Source of the DNA: Planctomycetota bacterium
GTDB lineage: Bacteria; Planctomycetota; B15-G4
NCBI GenBank assembly: GCA_038212275.1
Contig: JBBQUR010000008.1
Coordinates: 32,001 to 96,000 of the forward strand
Length of the DNA stretch: 64,000 bases
Direction of reading: 5' to 3'
The position numbers and the translations under genes were made by a program. This document shows, in pieces, positions 1-8,878 of this stretch. Position 1 is the first letter of the stretch; every line of letters begins with the position of its first letter. Under the pieces are notes generated by a model that saw nothing but the letters and a program-made list of their open reading frames with translations, was not told the DNA's origin and searched no databases.

Positions 1-967
1 TGTCGAAGTTCATGCCGTAGATGCTCGAGATGAAGGTCAGCGGAATGAAGATCGTGGCGATGATGGTGAGCACCTTCATGATCTCGTTCATGCGGTTGCT
101 GACCACGGAGAGGTAGACCTCCATGAGGCCGGCGCCGATGTCGCGGTAGTTCTCGACGAGGTCGATGAGTTCGACGACGTGGTCGTAACAGTCGCGCAGG
201 TAGATGCGCGTCTCGGCGGTCACGAAGGTGTCGGTGTCGCGCCCCAGCGCAGCGACGACCTCGCGCAGCGGCCACAGCGAGCGGCGCACGGTGAGCAGGT
301 CGCGCCGGATGGTGTGGATGGCGGTGACCGTGTCGGGACGCGAGTGCTGCAGGATCTCGTCCTCCAGCGCATCGAGGCGGTCGCTGCAGGACTCGGCCAC
401 CGGATAGAAGGCATCCACGAGGGCATCGAGCAGCGTGTACACGAGGTAGTCTGGGCCCGCGCCGCGGATGCGGCCCTTGCCCTCGTGCAGCCGCCTGCGG
501 ATGGGATCGAAGCAGTCGCCCTCGCGCTCCTGGAAGCTCAGCACGAAGTCGGGCCCGAAGAAGACCGAGAGCTGCTCCGTGCAGAAGGCTCCGTCGCGCA
601 GGTCGGGCATGCGTGCCACGAGGAAGGCGTGGTCCGCATACCGCTCCAGCTTCGGACGCTGATGCACGTTGATCACGTCCTCGAGCGCCAGCTTGTGCAG
701 GCCGAAGAGCGTGCCCAGCGCCTCGAGCACGGCCGCATCACCCAGGCCGTTCACGTCGACCCACAGCACCGGCCACTTGCCGCGCAAGGCGCGCAGTTCC
801 TCGGGGCGCGTGACGGCCTGTTCGTGCACGGTGTCGGGGCCGTAGGCGATCACGTGGATCACCGGCTTCGGCGCGTTCGGGTCGGCGACGACGAGGCCGG
901 GCGACGCACCGATCGTCACGCGCCGGCGCTTGCGCTCGCGGCGCGGCTTGTTGCGATGTGCGGCCAT
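1..967 (-). CDS. corA: Magnesium/cobalt transporter CorA (3' end runs off the window)
   Basis: Not in the ORF track; translated by hand. MAAHRNK...LFGLHKLALEDVINVHQRPKLE...SNRMNEIMKVLTIIATIFIPLTFISSIYGMNFD contains the GMN signature. ATG at 967 with a GAGGAG RBS upstream. Confidence 0.95.
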   Translation of the reverse strand, partial: MAAHRNKPRRERKRRRVTIGASPGLVVADPNAPKPVIHVIAYGPDTVHEQAVTRPEELRALRGKWPVLWVDVNGLGDAAVLEALGTLFGLHKLALEDVINVHQRPKLERYADHAFLVARMPDLRDGAFCTEQLSVFFGPDFVLSFQEREGDCFDPIRRRLHEGKGRIRGAGPDYLVYTLLDALVDAFYPVAESCSDRLDALEDEILQHSRPDTVTAIHTIRRDLLTVRRSLWPLREVVAALGRDTDTFVTAETRIYLRDCYDHVVELIDLVENYRDIGAGLMEVYLSVVSNRMNEIMKVLTIIATIFIPLTFISSIYGMNFD

Positions 968-978
968 GGCAGCTCCTC

Positions 979-2169
979 TCAGGATTCGAAGAACACGTCC
1001 ACGCGCTGGCGCGCGATGTCGAGCACGCAGCACACGGCCACGATGCTGGCCACGAGCGACGAGCCGCCGTACGACACGAAGGGCAGCGTCAGCCCCGTCA
1101 CGGGGAGCAGGCCCGTCGCGATGGCGAGGTTCACCAGCGCCTGGCCCCCGAGCAGCGCCGCCACGCCGACGCAGACCAGCCGCCCGAAGGGTTCGCGCGT
1201 GCGATACGCGACGGCGAGGATGGCGGCGAGCAGCCACGCATAGAGCAGCACCACCGTCGTCGTGCCGAGCAGTCCCCACTCCTCGCCGATGATCGCGAAG
1301 ATGAAGTCCGCGTGCCGCACGGACACGCCGTAGCTGCGGTTCTGCAGCCCTTGCCCCAGACCCTGGCCCGCCAGGCCGCCGCTACCGAGCGCCATCACGG
1401 AATAGAACTGCTGCCGGCCGATGCCGAGGCGCAGGCGCGAGATGTCCGCCTCGATCTCCTGCGCGGCCTCGTGCTGACGGTCCTGGCGCAGCTCGCGCGC
1501 CTCGTCCATGAGCGCGGGGATCGGGCGCAGCCAGGAATCGAGGCGCTGGCGCTGGTAGTCGCGCAGCACGCCCGGCACGAAGTACGCCGCCGGCAGCAGC
1601 ACCGCGACGGCGCCCGCCAGCAGCAGGACGTGCGCCAGGCGCGCGCCGCTCACCGTGACCAGCGCGACGAAGATGGGCAGCATGACCATCGCGCTGCCGA
1701 GGTCGGGCTGACGCACGACGAAGTACCACGGCACCGCGGTGATGAGGAAGGGCCCCGCGTAGCTGGCCCACGTGTCGGTGACGCCGCGGTGCTGCAGGTG
1801 CCGCGCGAGGACGAGGATGAGCCCCAGCTTCATGAGCTCCGAAGGCTGCAGTTTGAAGCCGAAACCCAGCGAGATCCAGCTGTCCGTGCCGTTGCTGCCG
1901 TCGGACAGCAGCGGCATTGCCATGAGCAGCGCGAGCAGCCCGAGATAGGCGGGCCACGCGAGCCCGGCGAGCTGCCGCACGCCGAGGCGCATGACAGCGA
2001 GGCCGATGGCCAGGCCCGCGGCCACCGAGATCAGCTGGCGCCCCGCGAGCGGCGTGGCATTGTCGTGCGTCGTGCTCCACACGAAGGCGACGCCGATCGC
2101 CGTGAGCAGCAGTGCAGGGAGCGCCACGCTGAAGGCGATCTGGCTTGCCAGCGAGTGGTCTCGGCTCAT
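979..2169 (-). CDS. rodA: Rod shape-determining SEDS glycosyltransferase RodA
   Basis: LQPSELMKL, QPDLGSA, HADFIFAIIGEEWG and LPVTGLTLPFVSYGGSSL are FtsW/RodA motifs. ATG 2169 overlaps the mrdA stop. Confidence 0.93.
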   Translation of the reverse strand: MSRDHSLASQIAFSVALPALLLTAIGVAFVWSTTHDNATPLAGRQLISVAAGLAIGLAVMRLGVRQLAGLAWPAYLGLLALLMAMPLLSDGSNGTDSWISLGFGFKLQPSELMKLGLILVLARHLQHRGVTDTWASYAGPFLITAVPWYFVVRQPDLGSAMVMLPIFVALVTVSGARLAHVLLLAGAVAVLLPAAYFVPGVLRDYQRQRLDSWLRPIPALMDEARELRQDRQHEAAQEIEADISRLRLGIGRQQFYSVMALGSGGLAGQGLGQGLQNRSYGVSVRHADFIFAIIGEEWGLLGTTTVVLLYAWLLAAILAVAYRTREPFGRLVCVGVAALLGGQALVNLAIATGLLPVTGLTLPFVSYGGSSLVASIVAVCCVLDIARQRVDVFFES

Positions 2170-4568
2170 GGTTGCGACACCCGCAGCAGCTCGTCGTGCA
2201 CCGCGCCGCTGGCCAGCAGCTCGTTGAGCACCGGCACGCAGGCATCGCCGCCGTGCCGGCCGGTGTGCTCGAGGAGAATCGCGAAGGCGAGCCGCGGCCG
2301 CTCGCGCGGCATGTAGCCGGCGATCCAGCTGTGGTCCGGCTTGCCTCCCACCTGCGCCGTGCCGGTCTTGGCCGCGATGGTGAGCCGCGAGAGGTCCGCC
2401 GGCAGCGCCACGTCGTGTGCCGTGCCGCGTGAGCTGTCCACGACGCTGGCCAGTCCGTCGCGCACGATGGCCAGCGCGGCGGCGCTGTACGGCAGGGGGC
2501 GCGCGGCGCGCGGCGGCAGCGCGCCGTAGCCTTCCACTGCCGCGATGAGAGACGGCGGCCGCAGCTCGCCCGTGCCGACCGCCGCGAAGGCGACCGCGAT
2601 CTGCAGCGGCGTCACGTCGTCCAGCGCCGACTGCCCGATCCCGAGGCGCGCCGTCTCGAGCCGCGACAGCGGACCCGCGCGCGGTGCCAGCGAGGACTCG
2701 CGCACGCCGGACGCGGTCGTGATGCCGTAGGCCGCCAGCACCTCGTTGCCGGACAGCAGGCCCGTCGGCCGATCGAGCCCGAACGTGGACACTGTGTCGC
2801 GCAGCACGTCGGCTCCCAGGCGCTCCGCGAGGTGATAGAACCAGATGTTGCACGACTGCGCGAGTGCGTGATTCACGTCGATGTCGTGGTGCAGTCCGGT
2901 GCAGCCCAGCTCGGTCTCGCCGAAGGACAGCTTGCGCTCGCAGTCGAAGGTCGTGTCCGCCGACACGACGCCGAGCGTCAGGCCTGCCAGCGCCGCGAGC
3001 GGTTTGAAGGTGGAGCCCGGCGGCGGCAGGTTGCCGCTGGCGCCGGGGCCGAGGCAGCGATTGCAGAGCAGTCCCAGCCGGTGGCTGTCGCTCAGCAGCG
3101 TGCCGTAGGACTCCGTGAGTTGCGCGCGCGTCGGGCGCGGCGAGGTGGCGAGCGCCAGCACGCCGCCGGTCTGAGGATCGAGCAGCACGATCGCGCCGGG
3201 CCAGGCCGAGGGTCGCCCGAAGTCGTCGTTGCCCATCTCGCCCGCCTGGAAATGCTCCAGCGCGCTCTCCGCGGCGCGCTGCATCGCCATGTCCAGCGTC
3301 AGCGTGACGTTGAGGCCGCGCTGCGGCGGCACGGACTCCACGCGGCCGCCTTCCTCGCCGTCGGCGAGCGGCGTCGTCGCGATCCAGCCGCGCTTGCCGC
3401 GCAGCAGCGGCTCGAGCGCGGACTCCAGGCCGAGCCGGCCGAAGTCATCCTGCACGTCGTAGTCGATTTCGCGCACGCGGATGCGCAGCGTCTCGAACTC
3501 CTCCATCTCGGCGTCGGTCGGATCCTCGAGACTGGCGAGGTCGGCGAGACGCAGCCGGTCGCGGTCGCCCGCCTCGGTGCTGCGCGTGTCGGCCGCGCCC
3601 AGCGTGCCGATGAGCAGCGGCGCGACGTCGGCCGCGGCTTCCGGATACACGCGGCGGCGATTGCTGCCCACCGTGAAGCCGGGCAGTTGCTGCCCGCGGA
3701 TCGCGACGAGCGTCTGGCAGGCGTAGGACACGCGCTGCAAGAGCAGCGCCGACACGTTGTCCTGCTCGGCGTGCATCGAGCGGCTGCGGCCGAAGGGATC
3801 TTCATCCGGAGGATTGCGCGCGAGCCGCGCCTCCACTTGCGCATCGTTGCCCGCGATGACGGCGTCCATCGCGCCGCACAGCGTGGACAGGCTGCAGCCC
3901 GCGGCGTCCGCCAGGTCGCCCAGCGCGCGGCGCTGACCGGCGGCGAGCGCCTCCGCGCGCGCGCGGCCTTCGACAAAACCGGGCAGTTCGCCCAGCGTCG
4001 GCGAGCCGGCGCTGCGCACGGAGGACGAGCCGCGCGCGGGCGGCAGCTGCCCGGCGCCCGCCCCCGCCGCACCGGACGGCTGCGACGAGAGCGCGGAGGT
4101 CAGTGACGCGGCGAAGGTCTCGCCCAGCAAGCCCTTCAGAAAGGTGCGCGCGTCGAGCTGCCGCTGGCGCGGCTGCACCGCGACGAGGGCAGACACCGGC
4201 AGCGTGGCGAGGTCCGACAGGTCGGCGGGCAGCTCGTCGAGCAGCGCGCGCGTCGTTCGCCGTTCGCCGTCGAGCAGCCAGAGCAACGCGCCCAATTGTC
4301 CGGCGGCCGCGCCGCGTTTCCAGTGGCGCCAGTCGCGGAAGCGGAAGCGCAGGTCGCGCACCTCTTCGGTGCGCGCGAAGGGCTCGCCGTTGCGGTCGAG
4401 GATCCAGCCGCGCTCGAAGGGCAGCGCTTCGAAGGTCATCGTGGTGCGCTGGCTCTCGGCCCCCCAGACGGATGCCTGCAGCACCTGCAGCTTGACGAGC
4501 CGCCACTGCAGCGCCGCGAACCCGGCGAGCAGCACCGTGAGCACGACGAGCACGCGCTGCCGCCTCAC
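2166..4568 (-). CDS. mrdA: Class B penicillin-binding protein (PBP2/MrdA-like) with large insertions
   Basis: N-terminal TM helix, RGWILDRNG, and transpeptidase motifs STFK, SCN and KTGT. GTG start overlaps the mreD stop; operon context fits. Confidence 0.9.
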   Translation of the reverse strand: MRRQRVLVVLTVLLAGFAALQWRLVKLQVLQASVWGAESQRTTMTFEALPFERGWILDRNGEPFARTEEVRDLRFRFRDWRHWKRGAAAGQLGALLWLLDGERRTTRALLDELPADLSDLATLPVSALVAVQPRQRQLDARTFLKGLLGETFAASLTSALSSQPSGAAGAGAGQLPPARGSSSVRSAGSPTLGELPGFVEGRARAEALAAGQRRALGDLADAAGCSLSTLCGAMDAVIAGNDAQVEARLARNPPDEDPFGRSRSMHAEQDNVSALLLQRVSYACQTLVAIRGQQLPGFTVGSNRRRVYPEAAADVAPLLIGTLGAADTRSTEAGDRDRLRLADLASLEDPTDAEMEEFETLRIRVREIDYDVQDDFGRLGLESALEPLLRGKRGWIATTPLADGEEGGRVESVPPQRGLNVTLTLDMAMQRAAESALEHFQAGEMGNDDFGRPSAWPGAIVLLDPQTGGVLALATSPRPTRAQLTESYGTLLSDSHRLGLLCNRCLGPGASGNLPPPGSTFKPLAALAGLTLGVVSADTTFDCERKLSFGETELGCTGLHHDIDVNHALAQSCNIWFYHLAERLGADVLRDTVSTFGLDRPTGLLSGNEVLAAYGITTASGVRESSLAPRAGPLSRLETARLGIGQSALDDVTPLQIAVAFAAVGTGELRPPSLIAAVEGYGALPPRAARPLPYSAAALAIVRDGLASVVDSSRGTAHDVALPADLSRLTIAAKTGTAQVGGKPDHSWIAGYMPRERPRLAFAILLEHTGRHGGDACVPVLNELLASGAVHDELLRVSQP

Positions 4569-5020
4569 AGGCGCCTCCGCGCCGTGCGGCCCGCGCGTCG
4601 CAGCAGGCCGGCGCAGGGCAGCACGCACAGCGCGCCGACGAGCAGCGGCAGCCCCGCGGTGACCGGCGTGCCGAAGGAGGCGCGCAGCACCCACGCACTG
4701 CCGCAGAAGGCCAGCGCCGCGAGCAGCGCCGCGAAGAGCTGGCCCGACGGCTTGTCGCGCTCGAAGGCCTCGCGCTGGCTGGCGACGAGGGCGAGCGCGA
4801 GCCAGACGCAGAGCACGTGCGCGCCGGCGCTCTCGGTGTGCAGCACGCCGCGCGACCAGCCCAGCGCCAGCGCCGCGAACGGCAGCGAGGCCGCCGGCCA
4901 GAACAGCGCCGCATAGGCCGCCACGACGATGAAGGGATCGGGCAGCCAGGCGCCGACCCACGCGACGCTGAAGGCGTGCAGCTGGCCGAGCCCGAGCGTG
5001 ATGAGTATGAGGCCGATCAT
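4565..5020 (-). CDS. mreD: MreD-like membrane protein
   Basis: 151-aa hydrophobic protein with LPD near the N-terminus, located between the mreC-like gene and PBP2. Confidence 0.7.
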   Translation of the reverse strand: MIGLILITLGLGQLHAFSVAWVGAWLPDPFIVVAAYAALFWPAASLPFAALALGWSRGVLHTESAGAHVLCVWLALALVASQREAFERDKPSGQLFAALLAALAFCGSAWVLRASFGTPVTAGLPLLVGALCVLPCAGLLRRAGRTARRRL

Positions 5021-5024
5021 GCGC

Positions 5025-6251
5025 TCACGGCCCGATCACCGTGACGTCGAGGCGCGGGTCGGGGCGCAGGCGCTGCGCGACGATGCCGTCCCCGTCGAGG
5101 CCGGCCACGCGACCCGCGACGAGTCCGCCGGTGAACACGCTGCCCGTGGCGAGCAGGTCGCCGCGCGCGGGCTCCCAGTCCGAGGGCCAGCTCTCGCGCG
5201 CCTCGTCCGCCGCCACGACCTCGCCCGCCTGCGACATGACGAGCAGCGCGCCGCGCGGCACGTCCACCGACAGCAGCGACGAAAACGGCGCGACGACATC
5301 CACGACGCCGACGAAGAGATGCCCCTGCACGACCCAGTCGCCGCGCTGCACGCCGCGACGACTGCCGACGTCCAGGCGCAGGCGCGTGGCGCCGGCCGTC
5401 GAGCCCGAGAGGCGGGCGGTGGTCGCGCGCGCGGTGAGCGCGCTGCCGGGCGCAACCTCCAGCGCGGCGAGCGGCTGGCTGTACGGATCGAGCAGCGGCA
5501 CGAGCGGCGTCTCCGTGCCGCCGGCGTCCATCCAGCCGCCGCCGTGAAGCTCCGTGCCGCGATCACCCACGGCGCCGAGCAGGAGGCCAGCGGGCAGGTG
5601 ATCGCCCAGCGCGCTCACGTCGCGCGTGCTGACGAGCTGCCCCGGCACGGGCACGACGCGGCTCGACGCGCTGCCCATGTGCAGCGTGTGGCGCTGGCTC
5701 TCGGTCGGGCCGGCGTTCGAGCCGGAGACGAGCACCTCCACCGCACGCCCGCCCGGCGCCGCGCACCACTGCGCTGCGACTGGCCGCAGCGACGGCAGAC
5801 CCAGCAGCGACACGCTGGCGCGCAGCCCGTCGGCGGACAGCTCGCGCACGAAGCCGAGCAGCACGCCGCGGCACGACACGACCGCGCCCGGTTCGACGGC
5901 GGCGCTGCCCGCGCCGGCCGCCTCGCCTTGCGGCGCCGCGAGGAGCAGCTCGTGCTTCTCAGCGTCCGCGCCGAGCACCGGCACGAGCAGCGTTGTGCGC
6001 CCCGTCGCCGCGGCGAGCACCGTCCCCAGCACGGCCTTGCCGTGGGCATGGAAGGCGCGCGCTGCCGGCTCGGCCAGCGTGTCGATCCACTCACGATCTT
6101 CCTGCGCGGGCAGCAGATCCGTGAGCAGGCCGTCCAGCGGGATGAGCGCTGGCGCCAGCCACTCCTCGGCGGAGCGCACGGGCCCCACGCCGATGAGCGA
6201 CAGCACACACGCGATGGCCACGGCCCCGCCAGCCCAGCGATTCTTGCCCAT
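5025..6251 (-). CDS. mreC: MreC-like protein, apparently with a duplicated periplasmic module
   Basis: Follows mreB and has an N-terminal TM. Segments GAVVSCRGVLLGFV..ASVSLL and GQLVST..HLPAGLLLGAV resemble MreC and recur in the C-terminal half. Confidence 0.65.
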   Translation of the reverse strand: MGKNRWAGGAVAIACVLSLIGVGPVRSAEEWLAPALIPLDGLLTDLLPAQEDREWIDTLAEPAARAFHAHGKAVLGTVLAAATGRTTLLVPVLGADAEKHELLLAAPQGEAAGAGSAAVEPGAVVSCRGVLLGFVRELSADGLRASVSLLGLPSLRPVAAQWCAAPGGRAVEVLVSGSNAGPTESQRHTLHMGSASSRVVPVPGQLVSTRDVSALGDHLPAGLLLGAVGDRGTELHGGGWMDAGGTETPLVPLLDPYSQPLAALEVAPGSALTARATTARLSGSTAGATRLRLDVGSRRGVQRGDWVVQGHLFVGVVDVVAPFSSLLSVDVPRGALLVMSQAGEVVAADEARESWPSDWEPARGDLLATGSVFTGGLVAGRVAGLDGDGIVAQRLRPDPRLDVTVIGP

Positions 6252-6295
6252 GATCTGCCCCGCACCGCCGCCTCAGCGCCGCGCGGCGTCGTGTC

Positions 6296-7351
6296 TCAGG
6301 CCGCGTCCTCTCCGGAATCGAGCACACGGCTGTAGAGGTCGAGCTGGTTGAGGAACTCGCCCGTGCCGCGCGCGACGCAGGAGAGCGGATCGGCCGCCGT
6401 GCGCACGGGCAGCTGCACTTCCTGCTCGATGACCTGCGCGATGCCGCGCAGCAGCGCGCCACCGCCGGCCATGATGATGCCCTGCTGCACGAGGTCCGCC
6501 GCCAGTTCGGGCGGCGTGTGCTCGAGCGTGGAGCGAATGGCCTGCACGATGGACATGATCGGCTCGAGCAGCGCTTCGCGGATCTCCACCGAGGAGACCA
6601 TCGTGCGGCGCGGCAGGCCGATCATCATGTCGCGGCCGGCGACCTCGATCTCCAGCTCCTTCTCGAGCGGCGCGGCCGAGCCGATGGCCATCTTGATGCG
6701 CTCGGCCGTCTGATCGCCGATGAGCAGGTTGTAGTTGCGGCGCATGTAGTTGACGATCGCCTCGTCCATCTCGTCGCCGGCGATGCGGATGGACTCGCAG
6801 TGCACGAGGCCGAAGAGCGACATGACGGCCACCTCGGTCGTGCCGCCGCCGATGTCCACGATCATGCTGGCCAGCGGGTCGGCCACGGGCAGGCCCGCGC
6901 CGATGCCGGCCGCCATGGGCTCGGCCACGAGGTAGACCTTGCGGGCGCCGGCGCGCTCCGCGCTGTTGATGACCGCGCGGCGCTCGACCGCGGTGATGCC
7001 GGACGGAATGGCGATGACCACGCGCGGCCGCACCATGAAGGTGCGGTTGTGCACCTTGCGGATGAAGTAGCGCAGCATCTTCTCGGTGATCTCGAAGTCG
7101 GCGATCACGCCGTTCTTCAGCGGGCGGATGGCCTGGATGTTGCCCGGCGTCTTGCCGAGCATCTCCTTGGCCGCGAGGCCTACTGCATCACCGTCGAGCA
7201 GCACCTCGTTGGTGCCCTTGCGCACCGCCACCACCGACGGCTCGTTGAGCACGATGCCCTCGTTGGGGATGCACACCAGCGTGTTCGCGGTGCCGAGATC
7301 GATCCCCATGTCGATCGAGAACTTGCCGATCATCCATTCGTACGCCTTCAT
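6296..7351 (-). CDS. mreB: Actin-like cell shape protein MreB
   Basis: GIDLGTANT, EPSVVA, IRPLKNGVIADF, EPMAAGIGAG, DIGGGTTEVA and AGGGALL motifs. Confidence 0.98.
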   Translation of the reverse strand: MKAYEWMIGKFSIDMGIDLGTANTLVCIPNEGIVLNEPSVVAVRKGTNEVLLDGDAVGLAAKEMLGKTPGNIQAIRPLKNGVIADFEITEKMLRYFIRKVHNRTFMVRPRVVIAIPSGITAVERRAVINSAERAGARKVYLVAEPMAAGIGAGLPVADPLASMIVDIGGGTTEVAVMSLFGLVHCESIRIAGDEMDEAIVNYMRRNYNLLIGDQTAERIKMAIGSAAPLEKELEIEVAGRDMMIGLPRRTMVSSVEIREALLEPIMSIVQAIRSTLEHTPPELAADLVQQGIIMAGGGALLRGIAQVIEQEVQLPVRTAADPLSCVARGTGEFLNQLDLYSRVLDSGEDAA

Positions 7352-7633
7352 CGATTCCACTCCCTTTGCGGACCCCGTGCGCGACGGGCCGAGCGGCACC
7401 GGGAACGATGCGGCGCCGCGCGACCCGGCCGGTGATCCGACCGCCGTCTGTTGTTGCAGACCCCCCCAGTTGCCATCTCCTCAGGAAGCCCACACCCGGC
7501 CCTGGCCCCGCGGGAGACCCGCAAAACCCCGGCCAGCCATGGCTCCTGCGAGCCGAAGCGGTCCGGAAGCGATTGGACCAGCGCGTCAAGACAGCCCGAA
7601 ACGGAATGCCCGCAAAGACTTCCGGCGATGTGA

Positions 7634-7661
7634 CGCGAGTGGCTCAAATGAACCACTCGCG
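7634..7661. promoter_or_regulatory. Palindrome/hairpin upstream of the mreB operon
   Basis: CGCGAGTGGcTCA-aa-TGAaCCACTCGCG; could be an operator or the terminator of the upstream gene. Confidence 0.35.
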
Positions 7662-7702
7662 AACAGCCCCCCCGCGGCCCGACTGCCGGCTGCGCGCCCC
7701 GT

Positions 7703-8035
7703 TCACCGGTGCGACGCGCGCAGCGAGGGATGCTGCCGCGTGATCCACGCCTCGACGACGGATCGAAGCTGCCTCGCCCGCCGACGCAACTCCTCGGAGT
7801 CCGCCCGCGACACGGCGATCGACGGTCCGGACATCACGTCGTTCCGGAGGTCGCGGCAGCGATCGAAGTAGGCCGCGAGTGCAGCCACCTCCGGACCGAT
7901 GGCCACTTCCAAGGCTCGAAATATCCAGTCGTGAGCCCCGGACCCGCTCCTCAGTCGGTATCCCGAGGTGCGGACGGCCAGGACGGCGGTGCGCCGAGCG
8001 GCGTCATAGGCGTGGCCGGCACGGCGCGGGAGGCC
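7703..8035 (-). pseudogene. HEPN-domain gene remnant, lacking a start or N-terminus
   Basis: The frame reads HAYDAARRTAVLAVRTSGYRLRSGSGAHDWIFRALEVAIG...YFDRCRDLRNDVMSG, a HEPN-like helical pattern. There is no ATG in frame before the upstream TGA. Confidence 0.55.
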
Positions 8036-8042
8036 TCCGCGT

Positions 8043-8750
8043 TCATCGCACGGGATTCGCGACCTCGCCGGGCCCAGAAGGCGCCAGGTCAGCGCGAGGC
8101 TCCAGCCCCGGCATCCCGTAGTCGAGCTGGGCCATCATCTCGCGCAGGACGGCCACGCACGTGCCGAAGCCGGGATGATCGGCATCGCCGCCGATGCTGT
8201 GCACGCCCCAGCACGGATCGGAGGCGCTGAAGATACGCCCGTCATGCGTCCTGATGAGGATCTTCACGGACGCGATGTCGAAGCAGCTGCTCAGGCTGCC
8301 GCTCGCGACGCGGAAGTAGCCGGTGCCCAGCACGCGGGCGAGCGCCCGCTCCCACGTGGGAGAGTAGAGGTCGCACGAGTCCACGCGCTCCTGTCCCGCG
8401 GGAAGGTCGGGGGAGGTGGTGCGACGTACGACGTGACCGTCCGCCCCGAAGCTGGTCGTGATGGACAGCATCGAGAAGCCGCCGAAGAACTCCATGAACT
8501 CCAGGCTGTCCACGTCGGCGACGGCCGGCTCATCGCCGGTGGGCGCGACATGGCAGGCCGCACAACCCCAGGCATCGGGGCCCGGCAGGCCCTTCTCGAA
8601 GGCCGCCACCTCGCGGACGGCGCGCTCAGACAGGCGTGGAGGCTTCGGCGCTTCGGGTGCGCACGAGCCGAGCGCCAACGCGCCGATGCAGAGGGCGCGG
8701 CGCACGGCCAGCCACCGCCGCTGCGCGTTCGATGTGAGTTGCTGTGTCAT
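8043..8750 (-). CDS. Hypothetical lipoprotein with a CxxCH motif
   Basis: Lipobox LALGS-C, motif WGCAACHV and an AAGGA RBS. Start could be 8750 or 8759. Confidence 0.55.
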   Translation of the reverse strand: MTQQLTSNAQRRWLAVRRALCIGALALGSCAPEAPKPPRLSERAVREVAAFEKGLPGPDAWGCAACHVAPTGDEPAVADVDSLEFMEFFGGFSMLSITTSFGADGHVVRRTTSPDLPAGQERVDSCDLYSPTWERALARVLGTGYFRVASGSLSSCFDIASVKILIRTHDGRIFSASDPCWGVHSIGGDADHPGFGTCVAVLREMMAQLDYGMPGLEPRADLAPSGPGEVANPVR

Positions 8751-8878
8751 GCGGCGCATTTCCTTCAGGAGTGGGCCACCAAGGACAGGTCCGCGGCCAG
8801 GCCGGAACGGCAGGCCCCGCGTGCTTGTCCATCCATGACTCCCGGCGATCGCGCCCCTCCAACCACCGGCCGCTCGCA

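Noticed and set aside
7352..7630. Riboswitch or ncRNA in the long mreB leader
   Set aside because: GC-rich hairpins are possible, but no known RNA motif was recognisable; an Rfam/Infernal search would be needed.
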